Of a stretch of DNA of 64,000 nt, positions 49,659 through 62,769 are shown in pieces. The stretch is from Eledone cirrhosa (Eukaryota). The translations under genes were made by a program, and so were the position numbers. The notes under the pieces were generated by a model. The model saw only the letters and a program-made list of their open reading frames with translations. It made no database searches and had not been told where the DNA came from. How positions within the stretch are numbered: the first letter of the stretch is position 1; every line of letters begins with the position of its first letter. The stretch lies in contig OZ024755.1 of the NCBI GenBank assembly GCA_964016885.1, positions 38,998,001-39,062,000 on the forward strand, written 5' to 3'.

Positions 49659-49772
49659 CTTCTGTATTAAAACCTTTATACTCTGCTATGTATTGAGTAC
49701 CTTACTTACTGTGGTTACCTCCGATTCAACCCGGAATAACATATATATATAATAAACAACATAAGACAATTA

Positions 49773-49937
49773 TTCCATTTACCAAAGGTTTCACGAAAAC
49801 AGACGAGCTCAACAGAGACGTATTAAATCGCTCATCAGAATGAAAATATAATATATAATTAAATTTTCATTCTGATGAGCGATTTCAGACGTCTCTTTTG
49901 AGTTCGTCTGTCGACGTGAAACCTTTGGTAAATGGAA
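49773..49937. ncRNA. Inverted pair of hammerheads (49773-49845 minus; 49865-49937 plus) in palindrome ~49750-49960
   Basis: TTTCATT CTGATGA GCGATTTCAGACG...CGTCTGTCGACGT GAAA CCTTTGGT A AATGGAA. Confidence 0.78.
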
Positions 49938-50169
49938 TAGTTGTCTTATGTTGTTTATTACATTATTAAATAGCTCTGTAACATACATAGAGCACTCTCC
50001 TTTCATTTACCCTTCCTACGGAAATACTTCATATATATATATTAAAATAACAGATTAAAATTTAAGCAAAGAATCGCTGCATTCAGCTTTAACGGAATCT
50101 TCTGAAACAGAAGTCCTCTTCGGATTTTAGTCTTTACATTTATTATTATTATTACTATATCGACTGTCA

Positions 50170-50205
<36 letters not shown>

Positions 50206-50579
50206 TGACAGTCGATCGACTTTCCTCAAATTGGAGCGAGGAAACAATGTTTCCATTGGTCTTTCCAATTGCTAATACTATCTATCGGCCGCAACTCCAG
50301 GTAGAAGGAGTAACGTAAAATAAAGTGTCTTTCTCAAGGACATAACGCATCGCCTAGTCCAGGAATCGAACTCACGATTGCGAATCCAATTCTCTTACCA
50401 CTCAGCCGTGCGTGCGTGCGTCGGTCCGTCCATGTGTGATGGTAGCTAAGTTGCTCCCAGAGGCGCTCTCTGCTCTTACAGAGCAGAGTATGATATAATA
50501 TAAAACGAAAAACCAGTGGTGCATCTAATGAATTCGGAGCATATTCTCTCACTGAGAATATGCTCCGAAATCATTAGAC

Positions 50580-50667
50580 GTGTCCGTCGAACCTGCGGGT
50601 CCAGAATCAAACAGATCCACACAATGATCGCGCCTCGAGCTGTCCGCCGCCGAAACAATTGTAACAC
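50580..50667 (+). ncRNA. Decayed hammerhead motif within a small foldback (~50497-50715)
   Basis: GTGT CCGTCGA ... GAAA CAATTG TA ACAC; palindromic stem III ACAATTGT; adjacent hairpin TTCGGAGCATATTCTC/GAGAATATGCTCCGAA. Confidence 0.5.
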
Positions 50668-51369
50668 ACAATAAATTGAGTTCAGATGCATCACTGATTT
50701 TTCGTTTTATATTTATAGAGAGAGAGTAAATATGTATATATAGATATAAATGTGTAGTATATAGTGATAATATACTCTGTTATACAGGGTTCATAGGTTA
50801 ATGTCCAAATAAATTATTTCTACAATAGAGAAATAAATTGAGATAAATAACATTGGTAAATTATAGAATGGTTCATAGCTTTGTGTCAGTATATTGTAGT
50901 CACATGAGCTTTTAGGTAAGCAGGCTAAAACTGGTCTAATAAGATAAATATTGAAATGAAGTGTGTATTAAGTAGTGTGTATTAATGTCTTGCTGGCTGT
51001 ATATACGCTAGACATATATTAATAAGGTGATATTAAAGTGAAAGTTATATTCATGTAAGATGCATGTTGGCTACTTATATACTAATAAATAAGTTATATT
51101 AGTACTGGCGTAAATTTATGATTGGAAAAGTTACCTAACTGGATTATAATCGTTTGATAATGAATTAAGAAACTTTATGCAGCATCCAGTAATTCTTCCA
51201 GAGTTCTTTTTATCAAAAGTAGTCTTACAACATAATTTTCAAAATATTTTTGGTAGAAATGTCATCCAGGTTTGTTGTTTTCAGGATATAATTTTGCCTG
51301 AACAACATTTGTCCAAGCTAAGCAGAGGGAATGTTTTTTATTATTTTTAACTCCAGAAATAACATGAGT

Positions 51370-51918
51370 GCAGTATCGGTAGAGAGTCGTACACCATGCT
51401 TCGCAGCATAGAGTTACGGCCCTTTATGATCTGAATTCATATCCCGCCGAGGTTAACTTTGTCTTTCATCCTTACGGGGTCAATAAAATAAAGTACCAGT
51501 AATGTACTGAGTCGATTTAATCGACTTCTCCCTCCCCCCAAATTACTGGCCTATACTAGAAACCATTATTATCCTTTGGCAGTATCGGTAGAGGGTCGGA
51601 CGCCATGCTTTCCAGCATAGTTACGTCCCTTTACGATCTGAGTTCAAATCCCGCCGAGGTTGACTTTGCCTTTCATCCTTACGTGGTCGATAAAATAAAG
51701 TACCAGTAATGTACTGGGTAATTGCTGACCTTGTGCCTAAAGTAGAAACAATTATTATCCTTACGTGGTCGATAAAATAAAGTACCAGTAATGTACTGGG
51801 TAATTGCTGGCCTTGTGCCTAAAGTAGAAACAATTATTATCCTTACGTGGTCGATAAAATAAAGTACCAGTAATGCACTGGGTATTGCTGGCCTTGTGCC
51901 AAATGTAGAAACAATTAT
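51370..51918 (+). mobile_element. SINE family A cluster; second copy has its 3' ~82 bp triplicated
   Basis: CCTTACGTGGTCGATAAAATAAAGTACC...GTAGAAACAATTATTA occurs three times. Confidence 0.88.
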
Positions 51919-52137
51919 TAGATCTGGTTGCATTACGGAAGGACTATCTGTGTTGCTGGTATTTAAGCACTCCGGTGGTATATACTTTACTGTGATTGAT
52001 GATAATCTTTGTGAAATAGTTTGAGTTCAAGGTGAAATTACTTTAAACCGTGCAGCCTTTGTTGTTAGTTGTGGATTTACGAATGAAGCTACAATCACAC
52101 AAGCACACATACAAGTATATATATATATATATATATA

Positions 52138-52275
52138 TAGGAACAAGTAAGACCCCGACGGCTGAGCTCAGCCGTCGGGGTCTTACTTGTTCCTATTACC
52201 CACTCTACTACCCTAAGTATTGAGTACTTTGGTGCGTTATGGTCCACCTGGTTCCTTACCACATTTCCTTCGTTA
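52138..52275 (+). mobile_element. pLTR-like terminal fragment opening with a perfect ~56-bp palindrome
   Basis: TAGGAACAAGTAAGACCCCGACGGCTGAG|CTCAGCCGTCGGGGTCTTACTTGTTCCTA; (TA)n on both flanks. Confidence 0.65.
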
Positions 52276-52806
52276 TATATATATATACATATATATACAT
52301 ACATATATATTCCTGCTATTAATTTCGTCTCTCACTCTTTTAAGTTGTGAATTAGACTGGTTATCTACGCACGCGGCTGCCACATTTCAGCTCGCTACTA
52401 TATTGTTATATAATGGATGATCGCATTGAAAGTCCGTTAAAGGTTCTTGGCATTACCATTGTTACCATCGCTTTCCTCTAGCCATGGGGCTTGGAGACAT
52501 GAATCGAATGCTACCATTCTATTTTATATCAATGTGAACTGCTATTTCTAATGGCCATCTTTTCAACCCTTGATAATTTGTGTGTGAGACACGTTGGTTG
52601 AGGGCTTCTGACAGGAACTAAAATATTGATTCTTTTTAGCTTCCCATCCCCACGTAAAATTTGTAAATCAGTGGCTAGTTGAGAGGTAGAGTCCTATCGG
52701 GTGCCAGTTGCTAATATCTTTACCCTGTCAGTCGTCACAAACAGTTATGGCCGGCATAGACTGGTCTTAGAATTCTGTTGATCGATTGGTTATTGATTAG
52801 GCGATA

Positions 52807-52916
52807 CCCACTGATGAAGCCGCATAAGCCGATTGTGCATTGTTGCATAATATCTGCAGACAGATGGTGCAGTGCACCTTACTGCTGCATTATTGCGACA
52901 GAAACTCGAGTCCGGG
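52807..52916 (+). ncRNA. Hammerhead ribozyme with a very long stem II insert
   Basis: CCCA CTGATGA (52811) + 83-nt insert + GAAA (52901) CTCGAG TC CGGG; palindromic stem III ACTCGAGT; GUC site. Confidence 0.68.
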
Positions 52917-53656
52917 ACCTTATAGGCATCCGTTTTACGTGTGTTGTGTTGAGGAAAATAACTGTGTATACTCTGGGAATGTATCTTACATTGCCCATGG
53001 AGTCAGCTGAGATACAACCGGTACTGGCATTGATAAATATACTGGGTCCGTCAACCCTTATTATATATATATATAACGAAGAGCGATGAAGTTTCGCTTA
53101 CAGGTATTTATTTATTTTTTTATTCTGCATCTACCTGTTACGCGCGTTTCGCAGAGGATTGACTCAGTGTCACCTATGGAAGGTATGGGCCCGACTCGAT
53201 TATTGATCTACTCTTGAGACTGGCAATCCAACAAAAAATATAATGTTTCATTTGAGCACATTTTATTCATAACCATGCAGAGCTTTAATCGATAACAGAC
53301 AGCTTCGACTCTGAAACAGAAATGAACATGTTCCGATTCTGATTTCCACTGTGTCTGATGAGCAAATAGATCCCAGAATCGAAGCTGATTTTAATCGTGT
53401 TACGCGTGATTACGAATAAGATATGTCAAACTGAAACTGTGATCTCTTCATTCTTAATATAAACACTCTCCATATTACATTAATAACAGATGTTGGCGTG
53501 AATATAGTTTTAACACTGAATATCTAATTCACGCAAAAGCACAGTTTTCAAACAGGTGTCACCTAGAGTAATATATTATTACCTACCAACTGACTGTATA
53601 TATTTTATTTTATTTGTGAACAACTTTGCTGTTTATAATTATTTTAACAATATGAA

Positions 53657-53870
53657 GGCGGCGAATTGGCAGTATCGGTTAAGGGTCGGACGCCATGCTT
53701 TCCAGCGTAGAGTTACGGTCCTTTATGAACTGAGTTCAAATCCCGCCGAGGTTAACCTTGCCTTTATTCTTACGTAGTCGATAAAATAAAGTACCAGTCA
53801 CGCACTGGGGGTCGATTTAATCGACCTTCCCCTCCCCTAAATTGCTGGCCTTGTGCCTATATAAGAAATC
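53657..53870 (+). mobile_element. SINE family A (long-tail variant) with TSD TATTTTAACAATATGA
   Basis: Family consensus plus GGGGTCGATTTAATCGAC insert. Confidence 0.88.
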
Positions 53871-53961
53871 ATTATTTTAACAATATGATCTCCTTCTTTA
53901 ATTCACTAACTGTTTATTTACCAGCACAACTCTCTCTCTCTTTCACACACACACACACACA

Positions 53962-54012
<51 letters not shown>

Positions 54013-54424
54013 GTAAAAATTAGCGAGAATCGAATTTCAGCCTATGAAATAACGAAAAAACAATATATATATATATAAAAGAAGAAATTAAAAGATGGTT
54101 AAAAAAGTTCCATATATTTTATTATGCGCATTTCGAAAACAAATTCATCCTGGGACAAAAATATATATATATATATACGTACCCATACGTACATATATAT
54201 ATATATATGTGTGCATGTATGTATATATATATATATATACATACTACTGTACGTCTGTATACATATATGTGTGTACGTATACATACTTATATTTAAGTAA
54301 CAGCCGTACTAAGAGTGAGAAATGAAATTTCATTTCATTCTTTTCCATTTATCGTTTTCAGTGCGTCCGGCCGACTGAACTCACTCGATATGCAAATTAG
54401 GCTGCTCAGTCGTTAATATGCATA

Positions 54425-54609
54425 ATTGTTTCTACTTTTTGGCACAAGGCCAGCAATTATCCCAGTACAATACTGGTACTTTATTGTATCGACCCCGTAA
54501 GGATGAAAGGCAAAGTTAACCTCGGCGGGAATTGAACTCAGATCGTAAAGGGACGAAACTATGCTGGAAAGCATAATCCAACCCTCTACCGATACTGTCA
54601 ATTCACCGC
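54425..54609 (-). mobile_element. SINE family A with TSD GTTAATATGCATAAT
   Basis: Reverse-complement consensus; flanks duplicated. Confidence 0.88.
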
Positions 54610-55835
54610 GTTAATATGCATAATGAAAGTATATACTTTCAGACGTTCATTCATCTGGCAGGAAGGTATACGATGCTGACGATAGCTAATAAGCTTGAAA
54701 GTAGTACATCGTTCCTGTGTCAGTCTTGAACAAAAGGGCGACGATGTTTGTCTGAACACTGTACGGCGTAATTCGGGCTGCTTGTTTGTTTACAAACAAA
54801 CAAACCGAACATTAGAATAAATGTTCGGTAGACCCATACATACATATATATATATATGTGTGCATGTATGTATATCTATACATACTACTGTACGTCTGTA
54901 TACATATATGTATGTACGTATACATACATACTCACATTTAAGTATCAGCCGTACTAAGAGTAAGAAATGAAATTTCACTTCATTCTTTTCCATTTATATA
55001 TATATATATATAAACACACATACACACACAGACAGACAAACACTCTCACACATTCTTTTTTATGAAGCAAAGATGAAGATGTAGAAAACAAAGTTCGAAC
55101 CACTATATCTTGGTGAATTGAGATTAAAATATTTTCCAATTCTGTGTTCAAACTGGAAGCATTGCAATAAATTTGATATCTTAGACAAACTTTAAATGTT
55201 TTAAAAACAATTCGTCTATTTTTTTTTTAATTACTCTACATATATAGATACTGCGTTTTTCGGGCACCTTACTTCTAATTCACCGCTGTCACGCACTTAA
55301 ATATGAAATTGACATTTTGAGAAGTGTCTACCAACTACTAAAATACTATTAATTCTATGATAAAAAGCATTAAATCTTTAATATTATAAAGCAGTTTATA
55401 TATCGAAACAAAGATATATAACCAGCACTCAAAATGTTTATCATCATATTATAAAATGTATTATCTTTTACCTTTTAGTAACTTCTGCAATCTCGAATCA
55501 ATTTTGCTTCTACAACTAAATAAATTGGTTATGGTTTTTATATTGCTAGAATGGTGGAATATATTTAAATTTATTCTTACTGCGTGTTCGGTAAAAATAA
55601 AGCGTACCAATTAACGACTCAGCACGTTTACCTGATGTTGTTGACGGGTGAAAAACAAACGATACACACAAAAACATTGAAATTATTTTACATAAAAATC
55701 AATATCAACGTTGCAAACTTTGTAGACAAGAAAATCATTATTTACTAAAGGGAGACGGTCGTGAGATTCGACCGAGGAAATTATATTTCGAGTGGGGTTT
55801 TTATAGTTGGTATTTTCTTTTATTTTGATACGGTG

Positions 55836-55980
55836 AAGGCGCATGGCTTAGTGGTGAGAGCATTGGGCTTGCAATCGAAAGGTTGTGAGTTTGATTCTCG
55901 GACCGGGTGATGTGTTGTGTCCTTGAGCAAGACACTTTATTACACGTTGCTCCAGTTTACTCAGCTGTAGAAATGAGTTG
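55836..55980 (+). mobile_element. tRNA-derived SINE family B
   Basis: GGCGCATGGCTTAGTGGTGAGAGC...GTGTCCTTGAGCAAGACACTT. Confidence 0.8.
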
Positions 55981-57309
55981 CGATCCTGCCAAATCATTAT
56001 GTGGCAGTAGTTCCAGCTGCATCAAAAGACTGGTGTAGTGGTTCTGAGAACAACGCGGCTTTGCAGATGATCAATGAAAATTGATAATGGAAAGCCGCCC
56101 TCGCCTGAGTTAGAAGAGAACTATTGACCTTCAGGAGAAGCAGCGACCCCTGATTGTATTCAGCAACCAAAACAAATATGAAGTACACCAAATCCAATGC
56201 TCCTAGGGGTGGCCCTGGATCTTCTTATTTGCGAGTGTAAACTCGGCCAGATTAGATTAGATTGATACGCATTTCAGTCGTTAAACTGCGGACATTTTAG
56301 GTATCAAGTTAAAGGGATTTAGGTGATCATAGTATTTATTCATATACGACGGGATTCTGTAGTTTTAAGCTACCAAATCTTACTGACAAGGAAAGGTTAT
56401 AGTGAAGAACTCTTGTCCAAGGTGCCAAACAAATAAGACTAATGACTCTGAAGCGACTGGGTTGTGAAACGAAGTACTTATATACACAGACATGTTACAT
56501 TATAATGGAGATCTATATTAAAAAGAAATAGAATATAATAATGATCTGGATTGGCAGTATCGGTAGGGCGCCGAACAACATGTTGTGTAGCATAGAGTTA
56601 CGGCCCTTTACGTCCTGAGTTTAAATCCCCGGTTCGATAAAATAAAGAACCAGTAACGCACTGGGGTCGATTTAATCGACTTTCCCCTCCCCCAAAATTG
56701 TTGGCCTTGTGCCTAAATCAGAAACCCGGTGGATTGGCAGTATCAGTAGAGGGTCGGACACCATGTTTGTAGCATAGAGTTACGGCTCTTTACGGTCTGA
56801 GTTCAAATCCCGCCGAGGTTAACTTTACCTTTCATCCTTACGAAGGGTCGATAAAATAAAGTACCAGTAATACACTGGCGTAATTGCTGGCCTTGTGCTA
56901 ACAATAGAAACAATTATTGCGACAAAGAAGCTTCATTAGTTATCTTTATATAAGTGTGAAGTTGTTGACTGATATTACTTTCTAATTAACTAGATAACCT
57001 TTACAATGTCTCCAATAGAAATGTCTTTGTCATCGAGACTTCCTGTAGCCTCTTCTACACAACAGTCTCTCTCTACACACATTCTTTATTTCTTTCTTTC
57101 TTTTTTCTTTCATACAATTTCTTTCTTTTTGTATTTATCTATTTATTCATTTATTTATTTTCTTCTCCTCCTCCCCCTTCTTCCTGTACTCCTCCTCCTT
57201 CCTCCTTTCTTCCTGTACTCCTCCCCGTTCTTCCTGTACTCCTCCTCCCCCAAATCCCCCCCTTCTATCTATATCTTAACACATCTATCATGTAGTTTCA
57301 TTCAACTAG

Positions 57310-57880
57310 AACATCAACAACAAGACCCACAACAGTAACAACAACAACAGGAGTATCAACAACAACAACAGGAGTATCAGCAACAACAACAAGAACAACA
57401 GCTACAACAACAACAGTAACAGCAACAACAACAAGAACAACAGCTACAACAACAACAGTAACAACAACAACATCAGCATCGACAACAGCAACAGCAGCAA
57501 CAACAACAACAGCAGTAACAACAACAGCAATAACAGCAACAGCGGTAACAACAACAGTAGTAACAACAACAACAACAACAGTAACAACAATAACAGCAGC
57601 AGTTACAACAGCAACAACTTAACAACATCAACAGTAACAACAACAACAGTTACAACAGCAACAACTGTAACAACAACAGCAGTAACAACATCAACAACAT
57701 CAACAGCGACAACAGCAGCAATAACTGAAACATTAGTAACAGCAGTAATAAGATCAACAACAACAACAACAGCAGTAACACAGCAGCAACAACAACAGAA
57801 GAATTAACAGTAACAGCAGCACCAACAACAACTGTAGCTGTTATTCTTGTTGTTACTGCTGTGAGTGTTGTTATCGTTGT
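57310..57880. repeat. (CAA/CAG/TAA)n triplet tract
   Basis: Direct observation. Confidence 0.95.
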
Positions 57881-58432
57881 TTATGTTCTAGTTCACAGGT
57901 TGTCAACCCTTCACAGGTTCTCAACCCTTTTGTCCCTCGAAATCACGAAACATAAATGTTCTTTTTTATGAATAAGGACCAGTTGAATTTGTTATATTCC
58001 CAGCAGACGATACGAACTATTTTGAACATTTATACAAGAGCAACTCTGACTATCCAAAAAGTGCTCTTATCTGGAAGAAAGTGGCAATTATATCATTTCA
58101 AAGCTTTCCAATTTTCCCTTTAATGAAACAGACAGAATAAATGTTGATATCTAACTTGATGTCCCCTCTGCTTTGTGAGCTTAGAGACCACGGAAGAAGG
58201 ATTTCATGACCACGCAGGAGGGTATATTTATTAGTAAATGGTAAAATATATACAACAAATGAGTAAGTGAATTGTAGCAGATGGTTTCCAGTCCAGTCAG
58301 ACTGCAATTACAAATAAAAAAAAAAATTGTTAGTTTGCTTTGTAACAATAGCATATCCAAGTTTTCAGATAAATCAACTTTCTTTAACTTTGACCTCATT
58401 TCAATGGTACCCTTGAACTTTATGGAGTCTAG

Positions 58433-59465
58433 CTAACTCTTTAACGTCAGGCTTATTTTCGTAAGATGTAGCCAGAGATCTCCACGTGTAATTACATTGT
58501 AGCGGTTGCGAGCCTTACTGTGCAGTCTGGAAACAGCACCAAACCTCCTCCTGTCTAAGTATGAGCTTGGAAAAGGCAGAGCAAATCTCTTAGCCTCTGC
58601 ATGTAGGTGTGGAAATTGACGCTGAATTTCTTCTTGCATCCCAAAAAGGGGTTCACCTATTTTGGGAAATCTAATTTTGATTATGTCATCTGCTTGAAGT
58701 TCAATGAATTCTTCCTGAAATTTATCGTCCAAATCATCGACGTTAGCTATGAAGGGATCTGCTATCAACATTGGGATGTCCATCGGCAAAAGGTCGACAA
58801 ACCGTTCTCTCATGTTGTCTTGTAGCACACGGAGGTGAGCGGTATAAATTTGGAGTTGGTCATCGCTTACAATGTTTTGAACATTAGCGACACTAGGAAA
58901 ATTATAGAATTCCCGTCAACAAAGATTCCTTTCGATGACATTCAATTTGGCCAGGAATGTTTTACAGCATTCCTTGTTTTAAGCAAGGTGATCTTCTTCC
59001 CCTGCAAAGCCAAAATGACGCTATTGCATTTGTCGAAGATGTCGGGGAGGTAGGTGCAGTCTTGCCTCACATCGAGGGTTTTCTTGTACAGTTCTGTGTT
59101 GCGTCCTCGCAGAAACTCAATGATAGAGTCGAAGAGTTCAAAGAAGTGAGTAAGGCACTTGCTCTTTGAAAGCCACCTCACTTCAGTATAAAGGAGCAAC
59201 TTGACAAATTCTTCGTCATTATCTTGGCACAGTTGCAGGAAAATTCGTTCATTGAGAGAATGCCGTTTGATAAAATTGATGACATCAATGGCCACCTGCT
59301 AGGACTTGCTCAGAGGCTTGCTGAGTTTCTTCGCAGCCAAGTGTTGTCGATGAATGACACAATGAACAGCAAATACATATAGATTTTTTCTCTTCAGAAG
59401 AGTGACAAAACCCCTATGTTGGCTGACCATTGCTCTTGCGTCGTCCGTAGCACATGATACAATGT
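58433..59465 (-). pseudogene. hAT transposase remnant (Buster family, ZBED8/SCAND3-like)
   Basis: SCATDDARAMV; VHCVIHRQHL; LLLYTEVRWLSK; LPFPSSYL...FGAV...KARNR; frameshifted, N-terminus missing. Confidence 0.88.
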
Positions 59466-59610
59466 GTGTTATATGTGGTCCTAGATGTGTGTATTACCCC
59501 CTTATGTGTTGCATGTGGTCCTATATGTGTGTATTACCTGCTTATGTGTTGTATGTGGTCCTAGATGTGTGTATTATCTGATTATGTGTTGTATGTTGTC
59601 CTAGATGTGT
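59465..59610. repeat. 40-bp tandem repeat (~3.5 copies) at the transposase deletion point
   Basis: Unit ATGTGTTGTATGTGGTCCTAGATGTGTGTATTACCTGCTT. Confidence 0.85.
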
Positions 59611-60539
59611 TTTTCTTTTCTTTTTTTTATTTGTAAAATACAATAGGAAATAAAATAGATCTACATAGTATTAACTCGTTACGGTTGAGTTAATAATTTC
59701 AGACATGAAATACATTGTTATCGATGAAGGAAAGATAAGATTCTAACTGGCTGCGCTTGAAGTGTCCTTGACCCAGTTGACTGTGGGTTTTTCCATTTTT
59801 AGGATCTCAATTGCCGGTTAATGTCTAGACACGCCTGCACACCTGCGATCAGACTAGAGTTATGCTGTCTGCATGCTCATTCAAATGCATTCACACTGGC
59901 TGTCTCAAAGACATACAAATATGGCTTATAAAACTTACCAAAGTAAAGAGACTTCCAGCACCCCTCTAGCGCCCCCTCAAAGCTCTAAACTCCCCACTAA
60001 CTCCCCCCTGGAGTTCCGAAACGCCCCCGGGGGTGCATATGTTGAGAACCTTTGTTCTAGTTGAATGAAACTACATGATAAATGTGTTAAGATATATATA
60101 GAAACATATATTATGGCATAGAGCTACACTCCTTTACGATCTGACTTCAAATCCTGCTGAGATTAGCTTTTTTATTCTTACAGAGTCGATGAAATAAAGT
60201 ACCAGTAACGTACTAAGGATCGATTTCATTAACTTCCCCCTCCCCAAAATGGTTGGCCTTGTGCCTACACCAGGAAACATTATAGGTCAGTTTACTAAGG
60301 ATTAAATGTATCTAAAATAATGTTTCTACTTTTGGCACAAGGCCAGCAATTATACTAGTGCATTACTGGTACTTTATTTTATCGACACCGTAAGGATGAC
60401 GCTAAACTCAGCCAATTGCAGACTGCGCATCAATATGAGATATTTTTCTCCACAAAGTTCGATCACAAACAGCAGAATTTAGAGAACAAAGATCAAGCCC
60501 AGTCCATAGGTTGACATTGTCAAGCCATCGTTTTGGCTA

Positions 60540-60700
60540 CCTCTGCTTTTCTTACCAGCCAACCTTATGACTGGAAAGCGGCTCAGCGACCATATCTGTA
60601 TCAGTGAGCTGCTCAACATTACTAAACTTAGACCAGTTACATCAATTGTCAAGTCAGGAGTACTCAAACTATACGGCCATATAAGGGGTTCAACTCGTGG
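60540..60700 (+). mobile_element. Old LINE (RTE-like) 3' coding remnant
   Basis: SDHICISELLNITKLRPVTSIVKSGVLKLYGHI resembles RTE C-terminal D.V.N.E...I...RL...GH.. region. Confidence 0.45.
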
Positions 60701-61620
60701 TGTGAGTAGGTTATCCCTGGAAGGAATAACAACAGAAACATACCGGTTTCTATAACAACATCACTAATATTAAATAAATCTAACAATAATAATTATTTCT
60801 ATTTTTGGTACAAGGCCAGCAATTATCCCAGTGCATTACTGGTACTTTATTTTATCGACTCCGTAAAGATGAAAACCAAAGCTAACCTCGGTGGGAGTTG
60901 AACCCAGAATGTAAAGGGCCATAACTATGCTGCAAAGCATGGTGGCTGACGCTCTACCGATACTGCTAATCCGGCCATTTGCATTCTGAGTTCAAATCCC
61001 GCCGAAGTTAGCTTTGCCTTTCATCCTTACGGGGTCGATGAATAAAGTACCAGTAATGTACTGGGGGTCGATTTAATCGACTTTCTCCTTTCCATTCAAA
61101 TTGCTGGCCTTGTGCTTGAGTTAGAAACCGATAATGACAATGACAACAACAATAACAACAGCAACAACAACAACAGCAATAGCAATAACAACAACAACAA
61201 CAACAGCAATAGCAATACCAACAACAACAACAATAATGATAACACCACCAACAACAATAATAGCACTGACGACGACAACAACAACAACAGGAGAGACTAA
61301 GATTAATGAAGCCAGACATTGATTAATTAAATGAAAAATAAGAATTGAGACAATAAGACAATATTTTCAAGGAATTAGTCATTAACAAATAGTGATTAAA
61401 AATATCTTCGATATATTAATCTTAATTATATTATTTGTTGACATGGCTAGACCATCCTACACTTGTGATGGTGGACAGACTATCAACAAGCCGCCATGAC
61501 ACTGTAACTAACTTTATATAGAACTGCATAGACTGTAATGGTGGATAGAGTTTCAACAAGTCCCCATCATACCTAACTTTATATAGAACTGTATAGTCCA
61601 TTGTATAGTTTACCTAGCGT

Positions 61621-62066
61621 TGAACAACCAAACAGATAAGTCGCATGTACCCAGCGCTGAATTGTATCGACGAAGTTTAATTAGCATTGAACAACCAAAC
61701 AGATAAGTCGCATGTACCCAGCGCTGAATTGTATCGACGAATTTTAATTAGCATTAAACAACCAAACAGATAAGTCGCATGTACCCAGCGCTGAATTGTA
61801 TCGATGAAGTTTAATTAGCATTGAAAAACCAAACAGATCAGTCGCATGTACCCAGCGCTGAATTGTATCGATGAAGTTTAATTAGCATTGAACAACCAAA
61901 CAGATAAGTCGCATGTACCCAGCGCTGAATTGTGTCGACGAAGTTTAATTAGCATTGAACAACCAAACAGATAAGTCGCATGTACCCAGCGCTGAATTGT
62001 ATCGGCGAAGTTTAATTAGCATTGAACAACCAAACAGATAAGTCGCATGTACTCAGCACTGAATTC
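61621..62066. repeat. 67-bp minisatellite (~6.6 copies)
   Basis: Unit TGAACAACCAAACAGATAAGTCGCATGTACCCAGCGCTGAATTGTATCGACGAAGTTTAATTAGCAT. Confidence 0.95.
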
Positions 62067-62261
62067 AAACACCTTTATTATTTAATTTAAGTGTCGGTAT
62101 TTACCTAAACAAGCTCGAAGTACTCACAAATATAAAAAAGATATTTCAATATATCTGTGTCTTTTATACATGTCCAAAACTACGTTTATATACATTTATA
62201 TACATATATACATTCATATACATATATACATTTATATACATATATACATTTATATACACAT

Positions 62262-62550
62262 CGTGGCTGCAAATTCTGCTAAGAGTACTGCAATTGCTTG
62301 GGGTATTATAGAGTTTGGTGCACCTTTAAGCTACAGCCAGCCACACGAACCTGTAGCATATCCTGAACAAGCAATGTCTGCGCTTTGAATGCTTTTTAAG
62401 TGTGGAAAGGCCTTGCACTCGACCAATCCCACTCTCTGAGCATCGAAAACACTACCTGGAAAGGAGAACTGGTCAACATCATCGGATGTTTCCGAAGCCG
62501 CAGGTTTTTTTTCTTCAGAGTTTCCCTCTCCTAGAAAGGTGTTGTGACAA
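62262..62550 (-). mobile_element. Diverged bipartite RTE-derived element
   Basis: Minus strand CCGATGATGTTGAC...GCTCAGAGAGTGGGATTGGTCGAGTGCA...CCACACTTAAAAA matches the RTE 5' UTR; ends GTACTC...GCAGCCACGAT. Confidence 0.55.
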
Positions 62551-62720
62551 CAACTGGGGGCCTTTGATTTGTATCCAATTGTAATGCAAGATAGGACGGT
62601 CTCATCAGGTAACTTCGGCAGAATTACAAAACATTACGTAGAACCCATATGTATCATGGAAGACAGGTAAAAGACAAAACCACCAGTTCTACACTTGGTG
62701 ATCAAAATATACACACACAC

Positions 62721-62755
<35 letters not shown>

Positions 62756-62769
62756 TTTTAATATAGATG

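Larger units (their letters stand above)
46219..49740 (+). mobile_element. Penelope-like retroelement (probably Naiad clade), 5'-truncated, with inverted 5' pLTR piece and 3' pLTR
   Basis: RT + CxCx5Cx5C linker + GIY-YIG; 46219-46274 is inverted relative to 49608-49662; both ends abut (TA)n. Confidence 0.9.
57894..60054 (-). mobile_element. hAT (Buster/Charlie-like) DNA transposon, internally deleted
   Basis: TIRs CACAGGTT(G/C)TCAAC / GTTGAGAACCTTTG; 8-bp TSD TTCTAGTT at 57886-57893 and 60055-60062. Confidence 0.9.
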
